Assembly (NCBI RefSeq): GCF_004010195.1
Contig: NC_057720.1
Span: forward strand, 1,573,704 to 1,637,703
Origin: Chiloscyllium plagiosum
Taxonomy: Eukaryota
Length of the DNA stretch: 64,000 bases
Direction of reading: 5' to 3'
Part shown: positions 10,960 to 23,989 of the stretch, piece after piece
Numbering within the stretch: position 1 is the first letter of the stretch
How the letters are laid out: each line of letters begins with the position of its first letter
Made by a program: the position numbers and the translations under genes
Notes under the pieces: model-generated
Seen by the model: the letters and a program-made list of their open reading frames with translations, nothing else
Databases searched by the model: none
What the model was told of the DNA's origin: nothing

Positions 10960-12870
10960 GTACATGTATTGAAGTGAATTCACTGCTCAAAGAATGGTGT
11001 GGGAGAAATGGGATTGAATTCATGGCACATTGGCACCAATACTGGGGAAGAAGGGACCTGTTCTGACGGGACGGTCTTCATCTGAACCATGCTGGGACCA
11101 GAGTCCTAACAAATCGTATAACTAGGGCTGCAGACAGGGTTTTAAACTAAATGGGGGTGGGCGTGGGGGTGTTGAGTTGGGAATGGAAGGGCTCAGTTAT
11201 AGGAGAAATTAGAAAACTCGAATGGAAGGAGGAGGTAATAGTTGAACTCAGGAGAGGTTGTTAAAATCTCCAGCATGGACACAAATAGGACAGAGTGATT
11301 GGAAAGGGTTAGCAATCAAACTTCAAGCACACTGGACAAACGAATGACAATGAGAAGAGGGATGGTGAATGCAGGTCTGATGGTATTATATCTGAATGTA
11401 CACAGTGTAAGGAATAAAGTAAATGAGCTTGTGGCTCAGATCAAAGTTGGCAGAATTGACATGGTAGGCATCACAGAGACATGACTGCAAGGGGATCAGA
11501 ATTGAGAGCTGAATATCCAAGGATATATATCGAAAAGGTAGACAGGTGGGCAGAGGGAGTGGGGTTGCCTTATTATAAGAAATGAAATTAATTCAATAGT
11601 AAGAAACAAAGTAGGATCAGATGTGTGAATAGAACTGAGGAACTGCAAAGGTAAAAAAACTATAGCTGGAGTTATGTACAGGCCTCCAAACAGTAGTCAG
11701 GAGCTCGGGTGCAAGATACAACAGGAGATAGAAAAGATGTGTGGGAAAGGCAAAGTTACAGTGATCATGGAGGACTTCAAAATGCAGGGGGACTGGGAAA
11801 AACAGGTTGGTAGTGGATTGCAAGAAAAGGAATTTGTGAAATGTCTACAAGTTGGCTTTTCAGAGCAGCTTATGGTGGGGCCCACTAGAAAACAGGCAAA
11901 ACTGGATTTAGTGTTGTGTAACGAGGCAGACTTGATAAGGGAGATTAAGGTGAAGGAACCCTTAGGAGGCAGTGATTATGAAAGGATTGAATTTACTCTG
12001 CAATTTGAGGGGAAGAAAATAGAATCAGAGGCCGCTGAATAAAGACAGCTACAGAGGCATGAGGGAGGAGCTGGGTAGAGTTGACGGGGAGAGGAGCCCA
12101 GCAGGAAAGACAGTGTAACAGCAGTGGCAGGAGTTTCTGGGAGTAATTCAGGAGACACAGCAGGGATTCATCGCGAGGAAAAAAGAAGCATGGTACAGGG
12201 AGGATGAGGCAACCGTGGCTGACCAGGGAAGGCAGGGATAACATAAAAGCAAAAGAGAAAGCATGTAATGTAGCGAAGGGCAGTGGGAAACCAGAGGATT
12301 GGGAAGCTTACAAAGACCAACAGAGGGCAACAACAAAAGAAATAAGGAGAGAGAAGATTAAATATGAGGGTAAGCTAGCTAGTAATATAAAGGAAGACTG
12401 TAAGAGTTTCTTTCGATAAATAAAGGGCAATATAGAGGCAAAAGAGGACTTTGGGCTGCTGGAAAATGACACTGAAGAGATAATAGAGGGGAACAAGGAA
12501 ATGGTTGAGGAACTGAATAATTACTTCATGTCAGTCTTCACAGTGGAAGACATGAGTAATATCCCAAAAGTTCGAGAGAGTGAGGGGGCAGAATTGAGTA
12601 TGGTGGCCATTAGCAAGGAGAAGGTGCTAAACAAGCTTTGACAAGGTGCCATGCAGAAGGCTACAGAGTTAGATAAGAGCCTATGGTGTTATAGGCATGC
12701 TGCTAACATGGATAGAAACTTGGCTGTCTGGCAGAAAGCAGAGAGTGGGGAATAAAAGGGTCCTTCTCAGGATAGAAACTGGTGACAAGTGGTGTTCCAC
12801 AAGGATCAGTGTTGGGACCACAACTTTTCACTTTATACATTAATGATCTAGATGAAAGAAATGAGGGCAT
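10960..12870 (+). mobile_element. CR1 LINE: ORF1 end plus decayed ORF2
   Basis: ORF1 esterase tail (gacggtcttcatctgaac = DGLHLN), then YLNVHSVRNK..GITET, YRPP and RT fragments. Confidence 0.85.
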
Positions 12871-12916
12871 TGGGCCGAAGGGCCTGTTTCCAGACTATAG
12901 GGATTCTGATCTGATC

Positions 12917-15505
12917 TAATAGCAGTAGGGAGATTGAAGAACTCATGGCAGATTTTGGAAAAGTGCAGATGTAACAGGGTTGTTGTTATGGGTGACTTCA
13001 ACTTTCCCAATATTGACTGGAATCTCCTTAGTGCAGATGGTTTGGATGGAGCCGTTTTTGTCAGGTGTGTTCAGGAGGGTTTCCTTACTCAGTATGTAGA
13101 CAGGCCGACGAGGGGAGAAGCCACTTTGGATTTGGTGCTCAGCAATGAGCCAGGACAGGTGTCAGATCTCGCGGTGGGAAAGTACTTTAGTGACAATGAC
13201 CATCACTGCCTCACATTTACCATAGTCATGGAGAGAGAAAGGAGCAGTTACCAAGGGAAGATATTTAATTGGGGAAAAGGAAATTATGACGCTATCAGAC
13301 AGGAGTTGGGAAGTACAGACTGGGAGCAATTGTTCCACAGAAAGGGTACAGCAGACATGTGGAGACTGCTGAAGGAGCAGTTGTTGCGAGTGATGTATAA
13401 ATTTGTTCCTCTGAGACAGGTAAGAAGGGGTAAGATTATGGAACCTTGGATGACGAGAACAGAGGAGCTTCTCATCAAAAGGAAGAAGGCAGCTTACGTA
13501 AGGTGGAGGAAGTAAGGATCTAGCACAGCTTTAGAGGATTACAGGCTAGCTAGAAAGGAGCTCAGAAATGGACTGAGGAGAGCCAGGAGGGGGCACGTGA
13601 AAGGCTTGGCAAGAAGGATTAGGGAGAACCCAAAGGCCTTTTACTCATATGTGAGGAGTAAGAGAATGATCAGGGAGAAGGTAGGGCCAGTCAGGGATAG
13701 CGGAGGGAACTTGGGTGTGGAGTCTGAGCAGATAGGGGAAGCCCTAAATGAGTTTTTTGCTTTGGTTTTCATTAAGGAAAGGGACCTTGTTGTGAATGAG
13801 AACTTTGAGAGGCCGGGAAACAGGCTCAATCAGATCGAGATTGATGAAGTTGATGTGCTGGAAATTTTTGCCAAACATTAAGATTGATAAGTCCCCAAGG
13901 CCAGATCAGATTTATCCCAGGCTGCTCGGGGAAGCAGGAAAGGAGGTTGCTAAGCCACTGGCGAAGATTTTTGCCTCATCACTCTCCACGGGAGTCATAC
14001 CAGAGGATTGGAGGGAGGTGAATGTTGTTCCTTTTTTCAAGAAGGGGAAAATGGAAATCCCTGGCAATTACAGACCAATCAGTCTTACGTTTGTGGTCAG
14101 CAAGGTTTTGGAAAGAATTTTGAGGGATAGGATTTATGATTATTTGGAAAAGCATAGTGTGATTAAAGGCAGTCAGCATGGCTTTGTGAAGGACAGGTCA
14201 CAAATCTTATTGAGTTCTTTGAGGAGGTGACGAGACTGGTTGACTACGGTCGGGCAGTGGATGCGGTGTATATGGGCTTCAGCAAGGCATTTTATAAGGT
14301 TCTCCACGGGAGGCTCATTCATAAGATCAGGTGGTATGGGATACAGAGAGATTTGGCTATCTGGATTCAGAATTGGCTGGCTGACAAAAGGCAAAGTGGT
14401 TGTAGATGGAAAGTATTCTGCCTGGAGGACAGTGTTGAGTGGTGTCCCACAGCACTCTGTTCTTGGGCCTCTGCTCTTTGTAGCTTTTATAAATGACTTG
14501 GATGAGGAGGTTGAGGGGTGGGTTAGTAAATTTGCTGATGACACAAAGGTTGGAGGTGTCATTGATAGTCTCGAGGGCTATTGCAGACTGCAGCGTGACA
14601 TAGACAGGATGAGAGCTGGGCTGAGAAATGGCAGATGGAGTTCAACCTGGATAAATGCAAAGGGATGCATTTTGGAAGGTCAAACTTAAATGCTGAATTT
14701 CGAACTAAAGGTCGGATTCTTGATAGTGTGGAGGAACAGCAGGATCTTGGTGTTCAAGTGCATAGATATCTCAAAGTTGCCACTTATCATATGAAAGATC
14801 GGAGGCTTTGGAGAGGGTATTCATGAGGTTTACCAAGATGCTGTCTGGACTGGAAGGCTTGTCTTATGAAGAGAGACTGACTAAGCTCGGACTTTTCTCT
14901 CAGGAGAGAAGGAGGAAGAGAGATGACCTGATCGAGGTGTACAAGGTAACGAGAGGCATGGATAGAGTCAATAGCCAGAGACTTTTCTCAAGGGCAGGAT
15001 TGACTGGCACGAGGGGTCATAGTTTTAAGGTGTTCATGAGGTTTACCAAGATGCTGCCTGGACTGGAAGGCTTGTCTTATGAAGAGAGGCTGACTAAGCT
15101 CGGACTTTTCTCTCAGGAGAGAAGGAGGAAGAGAGATGACCTGATCGAGGTGTATAAGGTAACGAGAGGCATGGATAGAGTCAATAGCCAGAGACTTTTC
15201 TCAAGGGCAGGATTGACTGGCACGAGGGGTCATAGTTTTAAGGTGTTAGGTAGAATGTATAGAGGAGACATCAGAGGTAGGTTCTTTACGCAGAGATTTG
15301 TGAATGCATGGAATGCGTTGTCAGCGGTGGTGGTGGAAGCAGAGTCATTAGGGACATTCAAGTGACTGCACATGGATAGCAGTGAATTGAGGGGTGCGTA
15401 GGTTAGGTTATTTTATTTTAGATTAGGATTAATCCTCAGCACAACATCGTGGGTTGAAGGGCCTGTACTGTGCTGTACTTTTCTGTGTTCTATGTTCTCT
15501 GTTCT
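12917..15505 (+). mobile_element. CR1 LINE ORF2 to 3' end, with internal tandem duplication
   Basis: MGDFNFPNIDW, NYRPISLT and SKFADDTK motifs; 3' tail ttctatgttc. Confidence 0.9.
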
Positions 15506-15696
15506 ATCTGAAACAAACAAAGCCACTGGAGAAACCCAACAAGTGCAGCAGCATCTGTGGAGAGAGAAACAGAATTAACGCTTCAAGTCCAGCAACCCAC
15601 CATTCACTGGACTTGAAACTGGACTTGAAATATTTATTCTGCTTTCTCTCTACAGAAACTAGCAGTCTTTCTAGCAATTTCTGTTTTTGTTTGTCT

Positions 15697-15880
15697 CATG
15701 CACACACACACACACGTTATTAACATGTGCTCTCACACACACATGAACGCACATACAGTCACACGTATGTTCATACAGGCATATATTCGCGCACACATTC
15801 ACATCCACAAACTCATGCACTCATGTTTTCACACACTCACGTTCATGCTCATATGCACACACACACACGCATACTCACAA
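15697..15880. repeat. Degenerate (CA)n-rich microsatellite
   Basis: Interrupted cacaca tracts. Confidence 0.8.
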
Positions 15881-16014
15881 AATGCAGCACCCATCACAAG
15901 AAACAAGACTCCACCTTGATGTTCAAACAGCAACAGCCAACTTTTGAAGTGATATTAATCCAGAGTAATGTATCAGCCAGGCTATGGGGGAGAACCCATT
16001 ATCTCATCTCTGAA

Positions 16015-16215
16015 AGGATGCCGCTGTTAGAGGTGCCATCTCCTAGATGAGACATTAATCCACAGCCATCCCTCTAATGGACACAAGAATCCCAAGGCCA
16101 CTATTTGAAGAAGAATGGGAAGATTTTACCTGTGTCCCGGTTAACGTACTTCAGGCTGTATAATTAAAGCAGATTACCTCGTTCTTACTGCATAGCTGTA
16201 TGTGGGAGCTTGCAG
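16015..16215 (+). mobile_element. Deu-domain-like SINE fragment
   Basis: gaggtgccatctcctagatgagacattaa..cccaaggccactatttgaagaagaatgggaag; resembles the SacSINE1/AmnSINE1-type core as I recall it. Confidence 0.6.
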
Positions 16216-17157
16216 GAAATGGAACAGAAGGAAGAACTCAGGCAAATTACAGTCATGGGGTACTGAGTGAATTGTTGGATCTGCAGACTAATAAGTTCCT
16301 AGATCCTGATGGACTTCATCCTGGGGTTTTAAGAGAAGCAGCTAGTTCAGTAATTGATACATTGGTTTTCACTTCCCAAAACCCCTTTGATTGAAGGACA
16401 GTCCCATTAGATCAGAAGAAAGAGAATGGAACTCCTTTATACAAAAGGATGGGAGTCAGAAAGTGGGTAACTAGTGTAAACTACAGCTTAACGTTTGTTT
16501 GGGGAAAATGTTAGAATGTATTATTAAAGATGTTATAATAGGGCACTTGGAGAAGTTCTAGGTAATGTGGCAAAGCCAACATAGTTTTGTCAAAAGCAAA
16601 TCATGTTTGTTGAACTTATTGGAGCTCTTTGAAGAAGTAACTTGAGCTATAGATAAGAGGGACCAGGGATGTATTGTACTTGGATGTTCAGCAGATATTT
16701 AATAAGGTGCCATCTCAAAAGTTCTTGTGGAAAGTAATAGCTTCTAATATAGGGAGAAATACTGGCATCGATAGAGGATTGACTGCTTAATAGGAAGCAG
16801 ACAGGAAGTGTAAATGGATATCTTCAGGTTAGCAAGATGTAATGAGTGGTGTGCCACAGGGATTAGTGCTGAGACTTCAATGTTTACAACTGATATCAAT
16901 GACACGTATGAGGGAATTGAAGGTATGGGTGCCACATTTGCTGCCAATAACTCAATAGGAAAGGAAACTGTGAAGAGGACACCAGGTTAAAAAAAGATAT
17001 TAATAGGTCCACGGGTACGGATGTGGGAAAATGTGTTGTTGTCCATTTTGGCAGGAAGACTATAAAATAATCATATTATAAAAATAGTGAGAGATTGCAG
17101 AGCTCTGAGATATAGAGGGATTTTGGTGAATGGTAATGAATGAATCACAAAAGATGA

Positions 17158-17348
17158 TGTGGAGGTCCCGGCGTTGGACTGGGGTGTACAAAATTAAAAA
17201 TCACACAACACCAGGTTATAGTCCAACATGTTTATTTGGAAGCACTAGCTTTCGGAGCGACGCTCCTTCGTCCGGTCAACCACCTGATGAAGGAGCAGCG
17301 CTCCGAAAGCTAGTGCTTCCAAATAAACCTGTTGGACTATAACCTGAT
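17158..17348. mobile_element. Family B hammerhead-motif element, inverted dimer
   Basis: Inverted arms around about 17278; 14-bp TSD atcacaaaagatga (17144-17157, 17349-17362). Confidence 0.85.
17281..17315 (+). ncRNA. Minimal type-I hammerhead ribozyme motif
   Basis: CAC-CTGATGA-A-GGAGC-AGC-GCTCC-GAAA-GCTA-GTG: stem I CAC/GTG, intact core, palindromic AGCT stem III. Confidence 0.7.
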
Positions 17349-18985
17349 ATCACAAAAGATGAGTAGTCAGGTACAGGAAGCCATCAAGACATCTAACAGA
17401 ATGTTATGAGGGGAATTGAATTAAAAACCTGGATAGTTATATGGGGAATTGGTGAAACCACATCTGGATGCTGTGCACGGCATTGGCCACCTTACTTAAG
17501 GAATGATGGAGATACAAGGAAGCAGTTCAGAGAAGGGTTACTGGACTAATACCTGAAATGAGTGAGTTATCTAATGAGGAAAGGATAGACAAACAAAGTT
17601 TACATCTGCTGGAGTTTAGAATTGGAAGAGGTGGCTTGATTGAAATCTAAAATTGTCAAGAGTTTTGGCAAACACTTTTCCTTTTATGAGTGAAGCTAGA
17701 ACCAGGGGTCATTGCAATATGAAAGAAATATCTGAAAAGAAAGAAAAAGTCAGTAAAGTGAGAGTTTGTTCTCTACAGAATGAGAATGGGGAGTTAATTA
17801 AAGATAATAAAGAAATGGCAGCAGTAATGAATAAATATTTGCTGCTGTCTTCACTGTAGAGGAAACAAGAATATGCCAGTAATGCCTGCAAATCTGGAAG
17901 TTGAAGAGGGAGAGAAACTGGTTGGAAATAGCAAAGTGAAGGACCCTAAACCGACAAGTCTCGAGGTCCAGATGCTCTTCATCCTAGGGTTTGTGTTAGT
18001 GTTTACTTTCCAAAATTTGTTAAATTCTGGAGAAGTTCCACTTGACTGAAAAGTGGAAAATATAAGCCATTTATGCAAAGTGAAGAAGACAGAATACAGG
18101 AAATGATAGTCCAGTTAACTTGTCATGGAGAAGCTATTGGAATCAATCAGTGAGGAGTTAGAGCTATGCCTTTAGAAAGGCTTGAATGAATTGGAAAGAG
18201 TCAGCATGGTTTTGCAAAAGCAAGATCCTGTTTAAACAATTTATTGGAGGTAATAAATAAAATACTTTCTGAATAAAGGGGAGCCTGATGGTGTACAATA
18301 TTTGGATTTTAACAAGGTCGCACATAAAATATTTTTGCAAAACATGAGCTCATAGTCAGGGTGCAACATGGATAGAAGAATTTCAGAGTGATTCCAATGC
18401 ACAATGTGGTATTTATTTACACCCAGTGATGTGCAGCTCTATGACATCATCACAACATTGTTCCAGGGTCCTGAAACATCCATAGCTCTAATTTGAGGGA
18501 GAGCTGGGGGATTTTCCCCATTGCTCTGAAACAGATTAATAGATTTTTTTTAAACGAGATGTTGTGATATAACTCTGGAGCAGGTGGGATTTGAACCCAG
18601 GCTTCCTAGCCTCAACGATCGTTGGGCTATTATGAACATCCAAGATTAGAATGGCTAAAGTAAACATTGGATCTTTAGAGGGTGAGAAGGGGAATTTAGT
18701 TATGGGATATGATGAAGTAGCCGAGGCATTGAACAGGTATTTTGTATCGGTCTTCACAGTACAAGACATGAATAACATGCTAGTAATTGACAAAAAGACA
18801 CAGGTCGGTGAGGATCTGGAACCAATCATTATTACAGAAAAGGTAGTGTTGGGCAAGCTGATGGAGCGAAGGATAGACAAGTCTTCTGACTCTGATGGAA
18901 TGCATCCTTGGGTATGACAAAAGATGGCGGGAAAAATAGCAGGTGCACTGGCGGTAATTTTCCAAAATTGGCTGGACTCTGGGGC

Positions 18986-21900
18986 ATAGAACATAGAATA
19001 TTACAGCACATTACAGGCCCTTTGGCCCTCAATGTTACGCCAACCTGTGGAACCAATCTGAAGTCCATCCAACCTACACTATTCCATTTTCATCCATATG
19101 TTTATCCAATGACTGTTTAAATGCCCTTAAAGTTGACGAGTCTACTACCATTGCAGGCAGTGCGTTCCACACCCCTACTATTCTTTGAGTAAAGAAACTA
19201 CCTCTAACATCTGTCCTATATCGATCAAACCTTAATTTAAAGCTATGCCCTCTTGTGCTAGCCATCACTACCTGAGGAAAAGGGCTTTCTCTGTTCACCC
19301 AGCTAACCCTCCGATTATCTTATACGTCTCAATTAAGTTACCTCTCAACCTTCTCTCCAATGAAAACAGCCTCAAGTCCCTCAGCCTTTCCTCATAAGAC
19401 CTTCTCTCCATATCAGGTAACATTCTAGTAAATCTCCTCTGAACCCTTTCCAAAGTTTCCACATCCTTCCTGTAATGCGGTGACCAGAACTGCACACAAT
19501 ACTCCAAGATTGGCCGCACAAGAGTTTTGTACATCTATAACATGACCTCATGGCTCTGAAACTCAATCCCTCTACCAATAAAAGACAATACAGCATATGC
19601 CTATAACAATCCTATCAACCTGGGTGGCAAATTTCAGGAATCTATGCACATGGACACAGAGATCTCTCTTCATCAACACAACCAAGAATCTTACCATTAG
19701 CCCAGTACTCTATATCCCTGTTGCTCCTTCCAAAATGAATCACCTCACACTTTATCACAGTAAACTCCATTTGCCACCTCTTAGCCCAGCTCTGCAGCTT
19801 ATCTATGTCCTTCTATAACCTGCAACATCCTTCCGCACTATCCACAACTCTACCGACCCAAAACAGATTCTTGTGGTACACCACTAATAACTGAACTCCA
19901 GGATAAACATTTCCCATCAACCACCACCCTCTGTCTTCTTTCAGCTAGCCAATCTCTGATCCAAACCGCTAAATCACCTTCAATCCCATGCCTCCGTATT
20001 TTGTGCAATAGCTTATCATGGGGAACTTTATCAAATACCTTATTGAAACCCACATACACCACATCAACCACTTTACCCTCATCCACCTGTTTGGTCACCT
20101 TCTCAAAGAACTCAATAAGGTTTGTGAGGCACAACCTACCCTTCACAAAACCATGTTGACTATTCCAAATCAACTTATTCCTCTCTTTTATAACCTTTTC
20201 CAACACTTTACCCACAACTGAAGTAAGGCTGACAGGTCTATAATTACCAGGGTTTTCTCTACTCCCCTTCTTGAACAAGGGGCCAACATTTGCTATTGTC
20301 TAGTCTTCTGGCATTATTCCTGTAGACAATGACAACATAAAGAGCAAAGCCACAGGATCCAGTCTCCTACCTGGCTTCTCAGAGAATCCTAAGATAAATC
20401 CCATCTGGCCCAGGGGACTTATCTATTTTCACACTTTTCAGAATTGCTAACACGTCCTCCTTGTGAACCTTAATCCCATCTAGTCTAGTTGCCTATATCT
20501 CAGTATTCTCCTCAACAATGAATACTGATGAAAAATATTCATTTAGCTCTTCCCTTATCTCCTCAGACTCCACATACAACGTCCCATTACTGACCTTGAT
20601 TGGCCCTAATCTTACTCAGGTAAAAATAAGGACTGCAGATGCTGGAAACCAGAGTCTAGATTAGAGTGGTGCTGGAAAAGAACAGCAGGTCAGGCAGCAT
20701 CCGAGGAGCAGGAAAATCGATGTTTCGGGCAAAAGCCCTTCACCAGGAATAGTCCTAATCTTAGTCACGTCATTCTTTTATTCCTGACATACCTGTAGAA
20801 AGCTTTAGGGTTTTCCTTGATCCTATCTGCCAGCAATTTCTCATATCCCCTCCTGGCTCTTCTTCACTCTCTCTTTAGGTCTTTCCTGACTAACCTGTAA
20901 CTCTCAAGTGCCCAAACTAAGCCTTCACATCTCTTCTTTACAGATGCCTCCTTCTTCCTCTTGACAAGAGATTCAACCTCTTTCGTAAACCACAGCTCCC
21001 TCGCTCGACCACTTCCTCCCTGCCTGATGGGTACATACTTATCAGTAGCTGTTACTTGAAAAAGCTTGACATTTCAATATTACTCGTCCCCTGCAGTTTC
21101 CTTCCCCATTCTATGCATCCTAAATCTTGCCTAATCACATCATAATTGCCTTTCCCCCAGCTATAACTGTTGCCTTGCAGTATATACCTATCCCTTTCAT
21201 CACTAAAGCAAACAACCGAATTGTGGTCACTATCACCTAAATGCTCACCTACCTCCAAATCTAATACCTGACCAGGTTCATTACCCAATACCAAATCCAA
21301 TGTGGCCTCGCCCCTTGTTGGCCTATCTACATACTGTGAGAAAGTGAGGACTGCAGATGCTGGACATCAGAGTCAAGAGTGTGGTGCTGGAAAAGCACAA
21401 CAGGTCAGGCAACATCACAGGAGCAGGAGAATCAATGTTTCGGACAAGAGCCCTTCTTGAGGAATTAGGGTCAGTTCCAGAATCATCTTTGCAATCCATT
21501 CTTCTCCATCTTTGGAACTATTTGGAGGCCTATAGAAAACTCATAACAGTGTGACCTCTCCCTTCCTGTTTCTAACCTCAGCCCATACTACCTCAGCAGA
21601 TGAGTTCTCAAACATCATTTCTGCCACCATAATACTGTCCTTGACTAACAATGCCACACCCTTCCCCTCTTTTACCAACATCTCTGTTCTTACTGAAACA
21701 TCTAAACCCTGAAACCTGCAACAACCAATCCTGTCCCTGCTCTATCCATGTCTCCAAAATGGCCACAACATAAAAGTCTCAGGTACCAACCAATGCTGCA
21801 AGTTCACCCACCTTATTCCACCCACCTACCTATCTGCCTGCCAGTACACTCCAGCGACCTTGAAACCTTATTTCTGACCTCACTACTCTGAACTTCCTGG

Positions 21901-22499
21901 ACAGTGGAGCTTCAATTCAGGTTCCCATCCCCCAGCTGAATTAGTTTAAACCCTCCTGAAGAACATTAGCAAATATCCCCCCCCCAAGATATTGGTACCC
22001 CTCTGGTTCAGGTGAAGAACATCCTGTTTTTAGAGGTCCCACCTACTCCAGAGAGAGCCCCAATTATCCAGGAATCTGATTACCTCCCTCCTGCACCATC
22101 CCTGTAGCCACATGTTCAACTCCTCTCTCTCCCTGTTCCTCGCTTCACTAGCACATGGCACAGGTACCGAACCAGAAATAACAATTCTGCTTGTCCTAGC
22201 TCTAAGCTTCCACCCTAGCTCCCTGATTTGCTGTCTTATATCCCCATCCTTTCTCCTACCGATGTCGTTGATGCCTATGTGGACCACGACTTGGGGCTGC
22301 TCCCCCTCCCCCTTAAGGATCCCGAAAACACAATCCGAGACATCACAAACCTGGCACCTGGGAGGCAATACATCAACCATGAATCTCTCTCGTTCCCACA
22401 AAACCTCCTCTCTGTCCCCCTAACTAAAGAGAGTCTGCTCCTCTCCCCCCTTCCCTTCTGAGCAAAGGGACAGACTCTGAGCCAGAGACCTATACCCAA
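18986..22499 (-). mobile_element. CR1 LINE from ORF1 esterase region to 3' tail
   Basis: VRGTERRFCG, PGAR and VVVHIGINDIG (ORF1); RT ORFs 19850-20278 and 19295-19534; ttctatgttcta tail. Confidence 0.85.
20619..20753 (-). mobile_element. Family A hammerhead-motif element
   Basis: Homologous to 28281-28407; imperfect TSD cctaatctta(c/g)tca. A further copy lies at about 21337-21465. Confidence 0.75.
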
Positions 22500-23989
22500 T
22501 GGGCAGTCTCAGCAGACCGAGAAACAGCAAATGCAACGTCATGGTTTAAAAAGGGAGGCAGACAAAAGATGGGGAATTATAGACCTGTTAGTTTAACTCC
22601 TGTAATGGGGAAGATGCTTGAGTCTATTATCAAGGAAGAAATAGCAAGGCATCTCAATAAAAATTGTCCTGTTGCACAGACGCAGCTTGGGTTCATGAAG
22701 GCAGGTCAGGCTTGTCAAATCTTTTGGAATTTTATAAAGAGATTACGAACAAGGTGGACAACGGGGACCCAGTGGATGTGCTGTAGCGAGATTTCCAAAA
22801 GGTCTTCGACAAGGTGCCGTGCAAGAGGCTGCTGCATAAGGTAAAGATGCACGGTGTTAGGGGTAGCATATTAGCATGGATACAAGATTGGTTGACTAAC
22901 AGGAAGCAAAGAATGGGGATAACTTAGTGTAATTCTGGTTGGCAATCAGTGACTAGTGGTGTGCCTCAGGAATAGGTGTCAGGGCTGCAATTATTCATAA
23001 TTTAAAGAGATGATTTGGAGTTGGGGACCATGTGTAGTGTGTCAAAGTTTGCCGATGACACAAAGTGTGCAGAGGACTGTGAAACTTTGCAGAGGAACAT
23101 AGATGCATTGAGTGAGTGGGCAAAGGTCTGGCAGATGGAATACAATGTTAGTAAATGTGAAGTCATCCATTTTGGTCAGAGTAACAGTAAAAAGGATTAT
23201 TACTTGAATGGTAAAAAGTTGCAGCATGCTGCTATGCAGAGGGACCTGGGTGTCCTTGTGCATGAATCACAGAATGTTGGTCTGAAGGTACAACAGGTCA
23301 TTAGGAAGGCAAATGGAACTTTGTCCTTCATTGCTAAAGGGATTGAGTTTAAAAGCAGGGAGGTTATGATACAGCTGTACAAGGTGCTGGTGAGGCCACA
23401 CCTGGAGTACTGTGTGCGGTTTTGGTCTCCTTCCTTGAGCAAGGATGTACTGGCACTGGAGGGGGTGCAGATGAGGTTCACTAGGTTGATTCCAGAGTTG
23501 AGGGGGTTGTTGTGAGGAGAGACTGAGTAGATTGAGATTATATTCATTGGAATTCAGAAGGGTGAGTGGGGGATCTTATAGAAACATATAAAATTATGAA
23601 GGGAATAGACAAGATAGAAGTCGAGAGGATGTTTCCACTGGCAAATGAGACTAGGACAAGAGGGCATAGCCTCAAGATTAGATGGAGCAGATTTCGGACT
23701 GAAATCAAGAAGGAACTTCTTCACCCAGAGGGTTGTGAATCTATGGAATTCCCTCCCCAGTGAAATAGTCGACGCTACTTCAGTAAACGCTTTTAAAGCT
23801 AAGGTTGATTTTTTTTAACAATAAGAGAATTAATGGTTATGGTGAGAGTTATGGCAGGTAAATAGAGCTGAATCCATGAGAAGATCAGCCAAGATCTTAT
23901 TGAATGGCATAACGGGCTCAAAGGGCCAGATGGTCTACTCCTGCTCCAAGTTCTAATGTTCTTATTATCGGTTTGTGGGAGCTAGCTGA

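Larger units (their letters stand above)
16216..18380 (+). mobile_element. Old degraded CR1 fragments
   Basis: DPDGLHPGVLREAA and other RT-like remnants with many stops. Confidence 0.75.
18640..23965 (+). mobile_element. CR1 ORF2 split by a nested antisense CR1
   Basis: ORF2 sequence breaks at about 18985 (..LDSG) and resumes at about 22501 (..FKKGG, NYRPVSLT, SKFADDTK, 3' UTR). Confidence 0.8.

Noticed and set aside
10566..11066. 166-aa ORF
   Set aside because: Chance ORF running into CR1 ORF1 sequence; no recognisable domain upstream.
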